From contig JAOPTT010000006.1 of the NCBI GenBank assembly GCA_051531975.1, positions 526,977-590,976 on the forward strand: a stretch of 64,000 bases of DNA. The letters are read 5' to 3'. Below are positions 49,525 through 58,552 of the stretch, piece after piece. Every line of letters begins with the position of its first letter. Within the stretch, counting starts at the first letter, position 1. Under the pieces are notes generated by a model. The model saw only the letters and a list, made by a program, of their open reading frames with translations, ran no database searches and had not been told where the DNA came from. The position numbers were made by a program, and so were the translations under genes. This DNA comes from Spirochaetaceae bacterium. Lineage in GTDB: Bacteria > Spirochaetota > Spirochaetia > DSM-2461.

Positions 49525-51854
49525 CCTCTACCTAGTATGAGAGCATCTCTTTGTTGTCTCTCCGCTACTTCTTTTTTCATTCCTAATTCTAATAATTGAC
49601 TTACATCGATAATTAGAGAAACTGTTCCATCACCTAAGATTGTAGCGCCTGCAATGCCTGGAGAACTTGTATAATGGTCATTTAGAGGTTTAATTACAAC
49701 ATCTTCCTCACCTATTAGAGAATCAACCATCAGTCCCATTCTCTTCTCTCCACTACCTACAATTACAACAAACTTATATTCTGTACCACTATCATCTGGT
49801 AATCTAAATAGTCGATTTAAACGTAATAATGAAATTACATCTTCTCGAACATTAAATACTTCATAGTTATCAATAAATCTAATTTCATCAGGTTTAATTC
49901 TGTGACTTTCAGCAACAGAAGTTATAGGTATCGCAAAAATTTCTTTACCAACCCTTACTAATAAACCTTGTATAATCGCTAATGTTAGCGGTAGTTTAAT
50001 AGTAAATCTAGATCCTGTACCAAATTCTGACCATACACTTACAGAACCATTTAATTTTTCAATCTTCCTACGAACAACATCAAGTCCAACACCTCTACCA
50101 GAGATATCTGTTACAGATTTAGCTGTTGAAAATCCAGGTTCAAAAATTAAATTAAATGCTTCTAGATCAGTTAAATTTTTATTTTCGTGAATTATTCCAT
50201 TTTTTACAGCCTTAGCCATAACATTTTTTACGTCGATTCCTGCACCATCATCTGCAATTTCAATAACTATCATGTTACCTTCATTTTTGGCTTTTAAAAG
50301 TATATGCCCTTCTTCAGACTTACCATTAGCAGCTCGTTCAGATTTAGTTTCAACACCATGGTCAATTGAGTTTCTAACACAGTGCATAAGTGGATCTAAT
50401 AAATCCTCAATAACTGATTTATCTAGTTCTGTATCTTCACCTTCTATTATTAAAGTAATATTTTTATCAAGTTTTTTTGATAAATCTCTAACAAGTCTAG
50501 GGAATCTAGAGAACACTTGTCCAATTGGTACCATTCGCACACGTAGTACACTTTCATGTAAATCACCAGTAGTACGGCCAAGATTAGTAGCAGTACTTCT
50601 AAATAAGTTAACAGTACTTTTTAAATTATTTTCAAAATCATCAAAAACACCATTTAGTTTTAAGTACTCTTCTGTTAATGATTTTTTTACTTCTTTACTT
50701 GAAGTACCTTCCCTTTGAAATTTATCAAATAGTTCAGGTAAAACATCAAAGAAACGCTTTAATTGATCTTTATAAGTAGATTCACAATTCTGAAAGTTTG
50801 TTAGAGAATCAGCAAATTGATTACTTATTTGGTTAAAAGTTGCTTTAGTTATAACAGCCTCACTAACAAGATTTAAAATCTCATCAATTCTTCTACTATC
50901 AACTCTTAATATAGAACCTTGAGTTGCAACAGCTTTTTTACCTTTTTTTGTAGATACATCATCTAAAACTTCTTCTTTTGTTTCTAAAGGAACAGAAACT
51001 AATGGTGTCTCAATTTCTTTAGCTATCTCTTTTTCTTGAACTACAACAGCTGGTTCTGGCGTCTTTTTAACCTCAGTTGCCGCTGATAAAAGAGTTACAC
51101 TACTTTCTAAAGTTACATCGGATAGTTCAGATTTTCTCTTAATATCAGATATATTTTCATCTGATGATAAATAATATTTTACATCAGCTACAAAATTATC
51201 ATCATACAATACATCAAAATCTGGTACAGTTTTTAAAATTTCACCAACTGACTTTAATGCAGTAAAAACTTGTATTCCACCTACACTATTCATAGGGTTT
51301 TCAGGATCAAACTTTACATGAACAACATAGACATCTTTTCCATTAGCAGCTTCTTGAAGCTCTAAAACATCGTATTCACTTAGTTCTGAATCATTAATAC
51401 TATTTTCTACTGTTTCACTTTTTTTCATAATAGGTTCAGCCTTTTGTTTTGGACTATCTCCATTTTTAAATGAATGTAATGTTTTTTCTATAGAAGAAAT
51501 ATCTTCTTGATAAATGTTGCCTTCACTTCTAGCATCTAACATCAATTTAATGACGTCTAAAGAATTTAATAGGCTATCAACAACATTTCCAGTTATGGAT
51601 ATCTGACCGGCTCGTATATCGTCCAGTAGATCTTCAACAATATGGGTAAAAGACGCTAATTCAGCCATCTGTACCGTAGCAGCTCCACCTTTTAAGGTAT
51701 GTGCAGCTCTAAATATTTCATCTATAGAATCCTTATCCGTTGGATTATTTTCTATAGATAATATATTTTGCTCCAACTGCTCTACTTGCATTTGTGCTTC
51801 AATAAAAAAGTCTTTTAATAACTCTTCGTTATTTGGGTCTAAATAATCGCTCAT
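49521..51854 (-). CDS. cheA: Chemotaxis histidine kinase CheA
   Basis: HPt IFRAAHTLKG, a P2 domain, a dimerisation domain, HCVRNSIDHG, DDGAG, FEPGFST, SGRGVGLDVV and a C-terminal CheW domain. Confidence 0.97.
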   Translation of the reverse strand: MSDYLDPNNEELLKDFFIEAQMQVEQLEQNILSIENNPTDKDSIDEIFRAAHTLKGGAATVQMAELASFTHIVEDLLDDIRAGQISITGNVVDSLLNSLDVIKLMLDARSEGNIYQEDISSIEKTLHSFKNGDSPKQKAEPIMKKSETVENSINDSELSEYDVLELQEAANGKDVYVVHVKFDPENPMNSVGGIQVFTALKSVGEILKTVPDFDVLYDDNFVADVKYYLSSDENISDIKRKSELSDVTLESSVTLLSAATEVKKTPEPAVVVQEKEIAKEIETPLVSVPLETKEEVLDDVSTKKGKKAVATQGSILRVDSRRIDEILNLVSEAVITKATFNQISNQFADSLTNFQNCESTYKDQLKRFFDVLPELFDKFQREGTSSKEVKKSLTEEYLKLNGVFDDFENNLKSTVNLFRSTATNLGRTTGDLHESVLRVRMVPIGQVFSRFPRLVRDLSKKLDKNITLIIEGEDTELDKSVIEDLLDPLMHCVRNSIDHGVETKSERAANGKSEEGHILLKAKNEGNMIVIEIADDGAGIDVKNVMAKAVKNGIIHENKNLTDLEAFNLIFEPGFSTAKSVTDISGRGVGLDVVRRKIEKLNGSVSVWSEFGTGSRFTIKLPLTLAIIQGLLVRVGKEIFAIPITSVAESHRIKPDEIRFIDNYEVFNVREDVISLLRLNRLFRLPDDSGTEYKFVVIVGSGEKRMGLMVDSLIGEEDVVIKPLNDHYTSSPGIAGATILGDGTVSLIIDVSQLLELGMKKEVAERQQRDALILGRG

Positions 51855-51862
51855 AATATATA

Positions 51863-51891
51863 ATTTTCTTGCAAAAAGAAGTGAAAGTCAA
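51863..51891 (-). promoter_or_regulatory. Candidate cheA promoter (TTGACT-17-GAAAAT), 8 nt from the ATG
   Basis: Read on the minus strand; no SD upstream of cheA. Confidence 0.45.
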
Positions 51892-51999
51892 GTTATAAAA
51901 ACAAACTCTTTAATATGATTGATCTTTTAGTCATAAAAAACTTAAAAAGAATACCCAAAAAATAGGTTTATATACTATAATAAAATTAAGAGGTTTATT

Positions 52000-52860
52000 T
52001 TGAAAAAAATTATTATATTGTTAAACTTTTTTATAACATTTAGTCTGTTCTCTGTTGATTTTGATACATATTTTGCTATGAATAATTTTCATTTTAATGA
52101 TGATGATGAAATTTCTTCATCTTCTTATGATTTTGATTATGGTGAAATTGTTACTCAAGAAATTTCAGATGGGTTATATTTGGATGCTGGTTTTACTAAA
52201 AGTATAATTTCCGATTTCTCAATCTTTACAGATTTTAGAATAAGTAATGATCTATTTGGTTTTAACCTAGGAATATTTACTAACTTTCTAAACGATAGTA
52301 GTAAAATAATAACTCCTGGATTAAATTACGGATTAGATTTTAAAATTCCAGGTATTATACTAGTTAATTTAGAACTAAATAATACAATTCCAAATACATC
52401 ACCTTTAGAATCAGGAGTTAGTATAAATAATTACAATATTAAGCTCGGGTTTTATGCAGGAGAAGCAATAATAAGTATAAATTTAGATTCTTTAAGCAAT
52501 ACAAAAGGAACTATTTTAAGCTCTACATCTAATATAGATAATAAATATTATTTAAATTTAGATCTATTTAATAAATATTCTAAATATAGAATTAGTATAG
52601 ATTTAGGTTGGAATAGTATAAGTAGAAAAATAGATATATTAACTAATGAATCAGATACATTAGCCAGTGAAACAGAGAGTGATTTAGAAGCTGGTTCTGT
52701 GTATTTTAACTCCGACTTCACATTGTTATTTTTAGAAAACTTTGAGATAGATTTTGGATTATTATTACACCTAATTAGATTACCAATCAATGATGTTGAT
52801 GCATTTGAAAGCGATGAATTTAGTTGGGGATTTAATATTGGAGTAGTATATAAACTTTAA
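52000..52860 (+). CDS. Exported hypothetical protein, probable outer-membrane beta-barrel
   Basis: TTG start after GAGGT; signal peptide; alternating amphipathic strands; C-terminus WGFNIGVVYKL. Confidence 0.6.
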   Translation: MKKIIILLNFFITFSLFSVDFDTYFAMNNFHFNDDDEISSSSYDFDYGEIVTQEISDGLYLDAGFTKSIISDFSIFTDFRISNDLFGFNLGIFTNFLNDSSKIITPGLNYGLDFKIPGIILVNLELNNTIPNTSPLESGVSINNYNIKLGFYAGEAIISINLDSLSNTKGTILSSTSNIDNKYYLNLDLFNKYSKYRISIDLGWNSISRKIDILTNESDTLASETESDLEAGSVYFNSDFTLLFLENFEIDFGLLLHLIRLPINDVDAFESDEFSWGFNIGVVYKL

Positions 52861-52861
52861 A

Positions 52862-54313
52862 TTATTCCAATACTTTCCTCTTTAAAACAGCAATATAATC
52901 TAGTAATTGTTTTGTGATAATTTTTTCAGAATTTACAATATTTTTATTCTCCATATTATTATTTAGCTCTTTAATTAATGTATTTAGTTCTAGTGCATCA
53001 CTTACTGGTGGATATAAGATTCTACCTGCACAAAAACTTTTCCATCGTTCTAACTCTTTTTGAGATAGTAGTTCAGGATGATTTCTACATATAAAACGCC
53101 ATAACATTTCAGATATTCTTGAATCATCAAAGTTCAATTTTAAGTCAATGAGGTCTTCCTTTCTAGTATTATGAATTAAAGTAAATTTAGCTTTATCCTC
53201 ATCTTTAAAAAAGCCACCACTATATATCTGAAAATCTGGATCTTTTATATCTTTTTTATTAGCTGTATCCTTAGTATAAACTTGAATAACTTTTTGAGTT
53301 AAATTTTGAACATCCTTAATTATATTAAGATGTTTAAAACATTCTTCAGTATTAATACCTAAACTTACTGATTCTTCTGGTGTTAATGTACCTAAAGGCG
53401 CAATTAAAGGGCTTTTATTAATGTGCACACATTTTAAATGGATTCTATTTTGATCAGCATTTAATTTATCAAATGGTAAAAAAAGTCTCTCTTTTATCTG
53501 TTCTGAAGTTAGTGCAACCAGATCCATAGGATCATAACGTAAATCATAACAGATAATAGAGTTTTTATTCAAAGGATCTACAGCCAATGGACATAACATC
53601 GTAGTACAGCCCATTTCTGATGTATACATTGCTGCTGTATGATAAAATGGTTTCCTTTTGAAAACATCTATATATTTTTTTACACCCTCTTTTTTCCTTA
53701 AGGAAAATGCAAAGTTAAAAAACTTTGGCTGAGCTTCATATATTTTTTTTGCTATACCAATGGTTGCTTCGACATCTGATAAAGCATCGTGGGCATTAAC
53801 ATGTTTTATTCCATTAACTTTACTCAACTCTTCTAATTTAAATATTGATTTTCCATGACTATCGTTAACCCAATTGATTCCTGTGGGTCTAAAATCGTGA
53901 ACACCTCTTACAAGATTAATAATATCCCACCTAGAATTTCCACGACCCCACTCTCTAAGATAAGGGTCTTTAAAATTTCTATAATATAAATTACGTATAA
54001 ATTCATCATCGAACTGGATGGAGTTATACCCTACAACGCAAGTTCCTGGTACGGAAAATTCTTTATCTATTTGATTAATAAAATCATATTCACTAATACC
54101 TTCTTCTATTGTTTTTTGAGGAGTAATTCCCGTAATATAACACGCTACAGGGTCCGGGAGATAATCTGGTGTTATTTTACAGTAAAGAACTAATGGTTCC
54201 CCTATTATCTCAAATTTCTGGTTTGTTCTAATACCAGCAAATTGTGCAACCTTATCCCATGCAGGGTTCCTACCAAATGTTTCTAAATCGTACCAATAAA
54301 GTGTTTCAGCCAT
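52862..54313 (-). CDS. sbcB: Exodeoxyribonuclease I
   Basis: WYDLETFG, AQFAGIRT, GYNSIQFDDE, NSRWD, HDALSDV and HINKSP. Confidence 0.95.
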   Translation of the reverse strand: MAETLYWYDLETFGRNPAWDKVAQFAGIRTNQKFEIIGEPLVLYCKITPDYLPDPVACYITGITPQKTIEEGISEYDFINQIDKEFSVPGTCVVGYNSIQFDDEFIRNLYYRNFKDPYLREWGRGNSRWDIINLVRGVHDFRPTGINWVNDSHGKSIFKLEELSKVNGIKHVNAHDALSDVEATIGIAKKIYEAQPKFFNFAFSLRKKEGVKKYIDVFKRKPFYHTAAMYTSEMGCTTMLCPLAVDPLNKNSIICYDLRYDPMDLVALTSEQIKERLFLPFDKLNADQNRIHLKCVHINKSPLIAPLGTLTPEESVSLGINTEECFKHLNIIKDVQNLTQKVIQVYTKDTANKKDIKDPDFQIYSGGFFKDEDKAKFTLIHNTRKEDLIDLKLNFDDSRISEMLWRFICRNHPELLSQKELERWKSFCAGRILYPPVSDALELNTLIKELNNNMENKNIVNSEKIITKQLLDYIAVLKRKVLE

Positions 54314-54387
54314 GTAAATATAATATGTAAAAAACTCTTTTTACTAAAGTGCTTTAATTAAATAAAATACTATGTTAATAATTACAT

Positions 54388-55050
54388 ATGATAAATTCAA
54401 AAAAATGGTTATTAAAAAATATAACTTTACATACTCATGATAATAAAACAGAAGAGTTTTTTAATGGTTTAACCCATTTATTAGGTATTATATTATCCAT
54501 AATTGGTCTTGTTTTATTATTTTTGAAAGAGACTCAAACAATACACTTTAAGGGTGCTACAATAGTTTATGGATTTACTATGTTGCTGTTATTTAGTGCT
54601 TCAACAGCTTATCATTGGCTGAAGGACCCTGTTTTAAAACGAATAGGTAGGATTCTTGACCATTGTAATATTTATTTATTAATTGCAGGAACATATACAC
54701 CCATCGCGTTTTATGTAGGTGGAAAATTTGGAATTACGATAATTATTGTAGAGTGGTCTTTAACAATTTTAGGTATTCTTTTTACTTTAAGATTCTGGGG
54801 TAAATTAAAACCTCTTCATATTGTATTTTATCTATTGATGGGTTGGATGATAGTTTTTATCTGGTCTGATTTCATATTAACGGTACCAAAAGAGTTATCA
54901 ATTATGATTATTATAGGTGGTCTTTTTTATACACTAGGCGTAATAATATATGCGCTTAAAAAAGTACCTTTTTATCATGCAGTATGGCACCTTTTTGTTG
55001 TTGGTGGTGCATCATCAATGTTTTTAGGGATTTATAAATATTTATCATGA
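54388..55050 (+). CDS. trhA: PAQR/haemolysin III-family membrane protein
   Basis: EEFFNGLTH, STAYH, LDHCNIYLLIAGTYTP and HAVWHLFV. Confidence 0.92.
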   Translation: MINSKKWLLKNITLHTHDNKTEEFFNGLTHLLGIILSIIGLVLLFLKETQTIHFKGATIVYGFTMLLLFSASTAYHWLKDPVLKRIGRILDHCNIYLLIAGTYTPIAFYVGGKFGITIIIVEWSLTILGILFTLRFWGKLKPLHIVFYLLMGWMIVFIWSDFILTVPKELSIMIIIGGLFYTLGVIIYALKKVPFYHAVWHLFVVGGASSMFLGIYKYLS

Positions 55051-55643
55051 AAAAAATCAGATCAAAAGAAGAGTTTAAAAAACTTTTTGAGATATTAAAA
55101 GTTTCATATATATCTGAATATATTATTGAATACCCATCTTTGTTAGATATTGATCCATATGAATCAAAATATTATCTGGATAATAAAAATGAATTTGATC
55201 AGTTATACGCAACCTATGGAACTAAAATAAGAGATAGATATGTCTCTGATGTCTATGTGGCTCTTACAAAGTCTAAAGGTTATGGTTTATTTACCAATAA
55301 AACTATTCAAGTTGATAGTTTTATTGGTGTTTATATTGGAGTTATCAAAGAAGAAGATGAAATGGTAGCTTTTGATGATAGTGGATACGATACAGATTAT
55401 GCATGGGATTATCCAGATGAGATAGATAACTTCCCTATCCTAGAAATAAATGCTAAATACAGTGGAAATGAATTAAGATTTGTAAATCATGATTTAGAAC
55501 CAAATATTAGAGTTGAACATACAATTGTTGATAATATGTGGTATATTTTTTTTGTTGCAGATAGAACTATTAATAAAGATGAAGAGTTCAGCATCTCATA
55601 TGGAGAGGCATATTGGGACACGGACCATAGAACTTTAAATTAA
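55047..55643 (+). CDS. SET-domain protein-lysine methyltransferase-like protein
   Basis: KGYGLF, IGVYIG, GNELRFVNHDLEPN and EEFSISYGEAYW. Confidence 0.88.
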   Translation: MKKIRSKEEFKKLFEILKVSYISEYIIEYPSLLDIDPYESKYYLDNKNEFDQLYATYGTKIRDRYVSDVYVALTKSKGYGLFTNKTIQVDSFIGVYIGVIKEEDEMVAFDDSGYDTDYAWDYPDEIDNFPILEINAKYSGNELRFVNHDLEPNIRVEHTIVDNMWYIFFVADRTINKDEEFSISYGEAYWDTDHRTLN

Positions 55644-56827
55644 TAAAACCAATTGACACTGTCTATTTGAATCTCTTCTATAGATGTTAAGATTCTTACT
55701 AAAATGTCATTCATTATATCAAATCCATCATCTGTTAATTTGTAATAATCAGTATTAATAATAAGAGAGCCTTCATTAATTAAATCTTCTGTTATAGGAA
55801 TACAATCTCCTATATTTTTCTTAAATATTTCATAAAACCTTTTAATATCAACACCTTTTTTTAATCGAAGCCCCATTATTACATAGTCCTCAAAAAAGTT
55901 TTTAGGTGATAAAAGTTCTACGTCTTCACCCCATGATTGATCTTTTCCTTTTAAAAAAGTTTTAATTGATTTACTGTTGGTTACTCTTAATAAGTTGTCA
56001 TTTTCATCTAATAATGTTGAAACTGCTCCAGGACCAATTCCTAAATATGGTTTTAACTCCCAATAATTAATATTGTGAAGACATGGATATTTTTTAGTAT
56101 AATTTGAAACTTCATAATTATTATATCCAGCTGCTTTTAATAAAGATCTTCCTTCTAGCCATATATCTTCACTTAAATCATCTTCTAAAGCTTCAAGTAA
56201 TCCCTTAGAGACTTCATCTTCTAATACTGTACCTTCTTCCAAGGACAATGCATAAAATGAAATATGGTCAGGATTATATTCAAGAGCCTTTTTAATATCC
56301 ATTGTTATCATTTTTTTGTTTTGATAAGGTACCGAAGATATTAGATCTATACTAAATTGCTTAACCCAATATTTTTTAACTAGTAACATAGCTTTTTCAA
56401 TAATATTTAAGGTAGATTCTCTTCCTAATGTAGATAAAGTTATATTGTTAAAACTTTGAATACCAATACTAAGTCTATTTACTCCAAAGTTATTACAAAC
56501 ATTTATAAATTCTTTAGTGATAGATTCTGGATTAGATTCAATACTGAATTCTTTTAAATTGGGACAAGAAGTATGCAAAAAAGATAATAACCTAGACAAT
56601 TCAGGTATTGGAAGCATTGATGGAGTTCCTCCACCAATAAAAATAGTCTCTACCAATGGGCTGTTTAACTTTTTATTCCAATATTTGAACTGTTCAATGA
56701 TCTCAGTTATTACTTTTGGTATTCTTTCAAAATCTATTGTCTCAGAATAAAAATCACAATATTTGCATTTAGAACTACAAAAAGGAATATGAATATAGAG
56801 AGAAATTTTAGAAGATTTTAAATTCAT
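55640..56827 (-). CDS. hemW: Radical-SAM haem chaperone HemW (HemN-like)
   Basis: LYIHIPFCSSKCKYCDF, GGGTPS, RLSIGIQSF, YEVSN and HNINYW. Confidence 0.9.
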   Translation of the reverse strand: MNLKSSKISLYIHIPFCSSKCKYCDFYSETIDFERIPKVITEIIEQFKYWNKKLNSPLVETIFIGGGTPSMLPIPELSRLLSFLHTSCPNLKEFSIESNPESITKEFINVCNNFGVNRLSIGIQSFNNITLSTLGRESTLNIIEKAMLLVKKYWVKQFSIDLISSVPYQNKKMITMDIKKALEYNPDHISFYALSLEEGTVLEDEVSKGLLEALEDDLSEDIWLEGRSLLKAAGYNNYEVSNYTKKYPCLHNINYWELKPYLGIGPGAVSTLLDENDNLLRVTNSKSIKTFLKGKDQSWGEDVELLSPKNFFEDYVIMGLRLKKGVDIKRFYEIFKKNIGDCIPITEDLINEGSLIINTDYYKLTDDGFDIMNDILVRILTSIEEIQIDSVNWFY

Positions 56828-57545
56828 TTAATGGCCAATATTTTAATAAAACCCTACCAATAATATGTGATTCATCTATAGCACCAAAGATACGGGAGTC
56901 ATTTATAGTTTCTCTATTATCTGCTATTAGAAAATACTGACCAGTTTCTATATATACTTCATCTAATTCAGTAGAAAATGGAAAATCTGTTTTCCAAACT
57001 TTTGATATATTTTTTTTACTAATATCATAATCAATTTCAGTAAGTTCAAACTCACTTAGAAAAAAGACACCATCAGATGTCTTTATATATACAGTACTAT
57101 CCTTTATTTTAATAGAATCTCCTGGAATACCAACAACTCTAAGAAGTTCGCCTCGTCCTCTATATTCTTCATTGTCATATAACAATGATCTCTTCTGTAG
57201 AGTAAAAATTCTTACTATTGGATCTAAAATGTGTTCAAATAAACCCGCCTGTTTACTATAGTTTGTACTTGTTAAAACTAATTCCCCCCGGCGAAGGTTA
57301 CTATTAAGATTTTGTTTTAGTACTGAATCAAGATTTTTAGATGGTAATAATATTAACGAGTCCTTTTGATTAAGAGATGGTAACATCGAATCACTATTTA
57401 CACCAATTGTTAAAGCAATAAAAGATGTGAATAGGGAGTAAAAAACTATTAAAAACAGTATCCGTACAAAGTATGTTCTAAATCTTTTTGTCTGAGATTT
57501 TTTATCTCGGTATGATCGATATTTCTTATTTGATGATCTACTCAT
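56808..57545 (-). CDS. Signal peptidase I paralogue lacking the catalytic lysine
   Basis: TM helix, SDSMLPSL, LLRVVGIPGD and ADNRETINDSRIFG. Confidence 0.85.
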   Translation of the reverse strand: MSRSSNKKYRSYRDKKSQTKRFRTYFVRILFLIVFYSLFTSFIALTIGVNSDSMLPSLNQKDSLILLPSKNLDSVLKQNLNSNLRRGELVLTSTNYSKQAGLFEHILDPIVRIFTLQKRSLLYDNEEYRGRGELLRVVGIPGDSIKIKDSTVYIKTSDGVFFLSEFELTEIDYDISKKNISKVWKTDFPFSTELDEVYIETGQYFLIADNRETINDSRIFGAIDESHIIGRVLLKYWPLNEFKIF

Positions 57546-57547
57546 AT

Positions 57548-58489
57548 TTATTTAACTACTCCGATTCTTTTAATAGGCCAGAAATTAAAACTAGCTTGTC
57601 CTAAAACTTCTGATTCCTTAATTGGACCAAAATATCGCCCATCTTTTGAATTATCTCTATTATCTCCCAATGGAAGGATCCAACCCTTAGGAACATAAAT
57701 ACCAGTACTCTGTTTATTAAATTCTTGATAATAGTTTAACATTGAAGGTGATAAATGGGAAAGATATTTATAATTTGATAAAATACTAAAATATTTGTCT
57801 TGGTAATAGACTGATGATTTATTGTTTTGATTGTTATAAACACTAGATCTAATATTTTGATCAATTTCAAAATACCTCTCTTTTACCAATAGACGGTTTG
57901 TATTATAATTTAATTTAGAAATATCTTTAAAACTACCCTCATGTAGATAATCACTTTCACCTTGTGGTTTTATATAAAGTTCTCCATTTCTAAATTGAAC
58001 AATATCACCATCAGCTGCTATTGAACGTTTAATTAAGAAATGATGTGCTGGATTACCATCTGAATCTTTATCGATATCTATCATAGATAAAGTTAACATA
58101 AAGGTTAGTCTTTGCACTAAATCAAAAACTGGACCCTTTGAGACATATTCAGGATTTTCGAAGATAATGATATCGGTTCTATTGGGTGACTCTATTCCAG
58201 TCATTTTTTTTATACCAGGAAGTAATTCTGGTCCATAGATAAATTTATTAACAAATATTCTATCACCAACTAGCAATGTATTTTCCATTGATTTCGAAGG
58301 TATGACATAAGCTTGAAACAGATATTGATTTAGTAATAAAACGACTCCAGCAGCCCATATAAATGCACCTACCCAGTCTAATATAGGATGTAATTTTTTT
58401 TGTTTCTCACTTTTTATAAAAGAGGATCTTTTTTTATATGTTAATATGTTTTCTGTGAATTTTATTAATCGATTAACCACTATATGCAT
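57548..58489 (-). CDS. lepB: Signal peptidase I
   Basis: IPSKSMENTLLVGDRIFVNK, LIKR and LGDNRDNSKDGRYFG. Confidence 0.95.
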   Translation of the reverse strand: MHIVVNRLIKFTENILTYKKRSSFIKSEKQKKLHPILDWVGAFIWAAGVVLLLNQYLFQAYVIPSKSMENTLLVGDRIFVNKFIYGPELLPGIKKMTGIESPNRTDIIIFENPEYVSKGPVFDLVQRLTFMLTLSMIDIDKDSDGNPAHHFLIKRSIAADGDIVQFRNGELYIKPQGESDYLHEGSFKDISKLNYNTNRLLVKERYFEIDQNIRSSVYNNQNNKSSVYYQDKYFSILSNYKYLSHLSPSMLNYYQEFNKQSTGIYVPKGWILPLGDNRDNSKDGRYFGPIKESEVLGQASFNFWPIKRIGVVK

Positions 58490-58495
58490 TCTGAT

Positions 58496-58547
58496 AAAAT
58501 AACATTAATTAGGATTTATTGACAAGAGATTTCATCATTCATATAAT
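58496..58547. promoter_or_regulatory. Back-to-back sigma70 promoters sharing an overlapping -35 region
   Basis: Plus strand: TTGACA(58519)-17-TATAAT(58542)-5 nt-ATG 58553. Minus strand: TTGTCA-18-TATTTT (extended TGn)-6 nt-ATG 58489. Confidence 0.75.
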
Positions 58548-58552
58548 GCGAT

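Noticed and set aside
1066..56750. Short antisense or overlapping ORFs in the track (e.g. 1066-1320, 9197-9622, 18806-19309, 41569-41898, 50272-50718)
   Set aside because: They lie within well-supported genes, have no recognisable motifs or SDs, and are the expected shadow ORFs.
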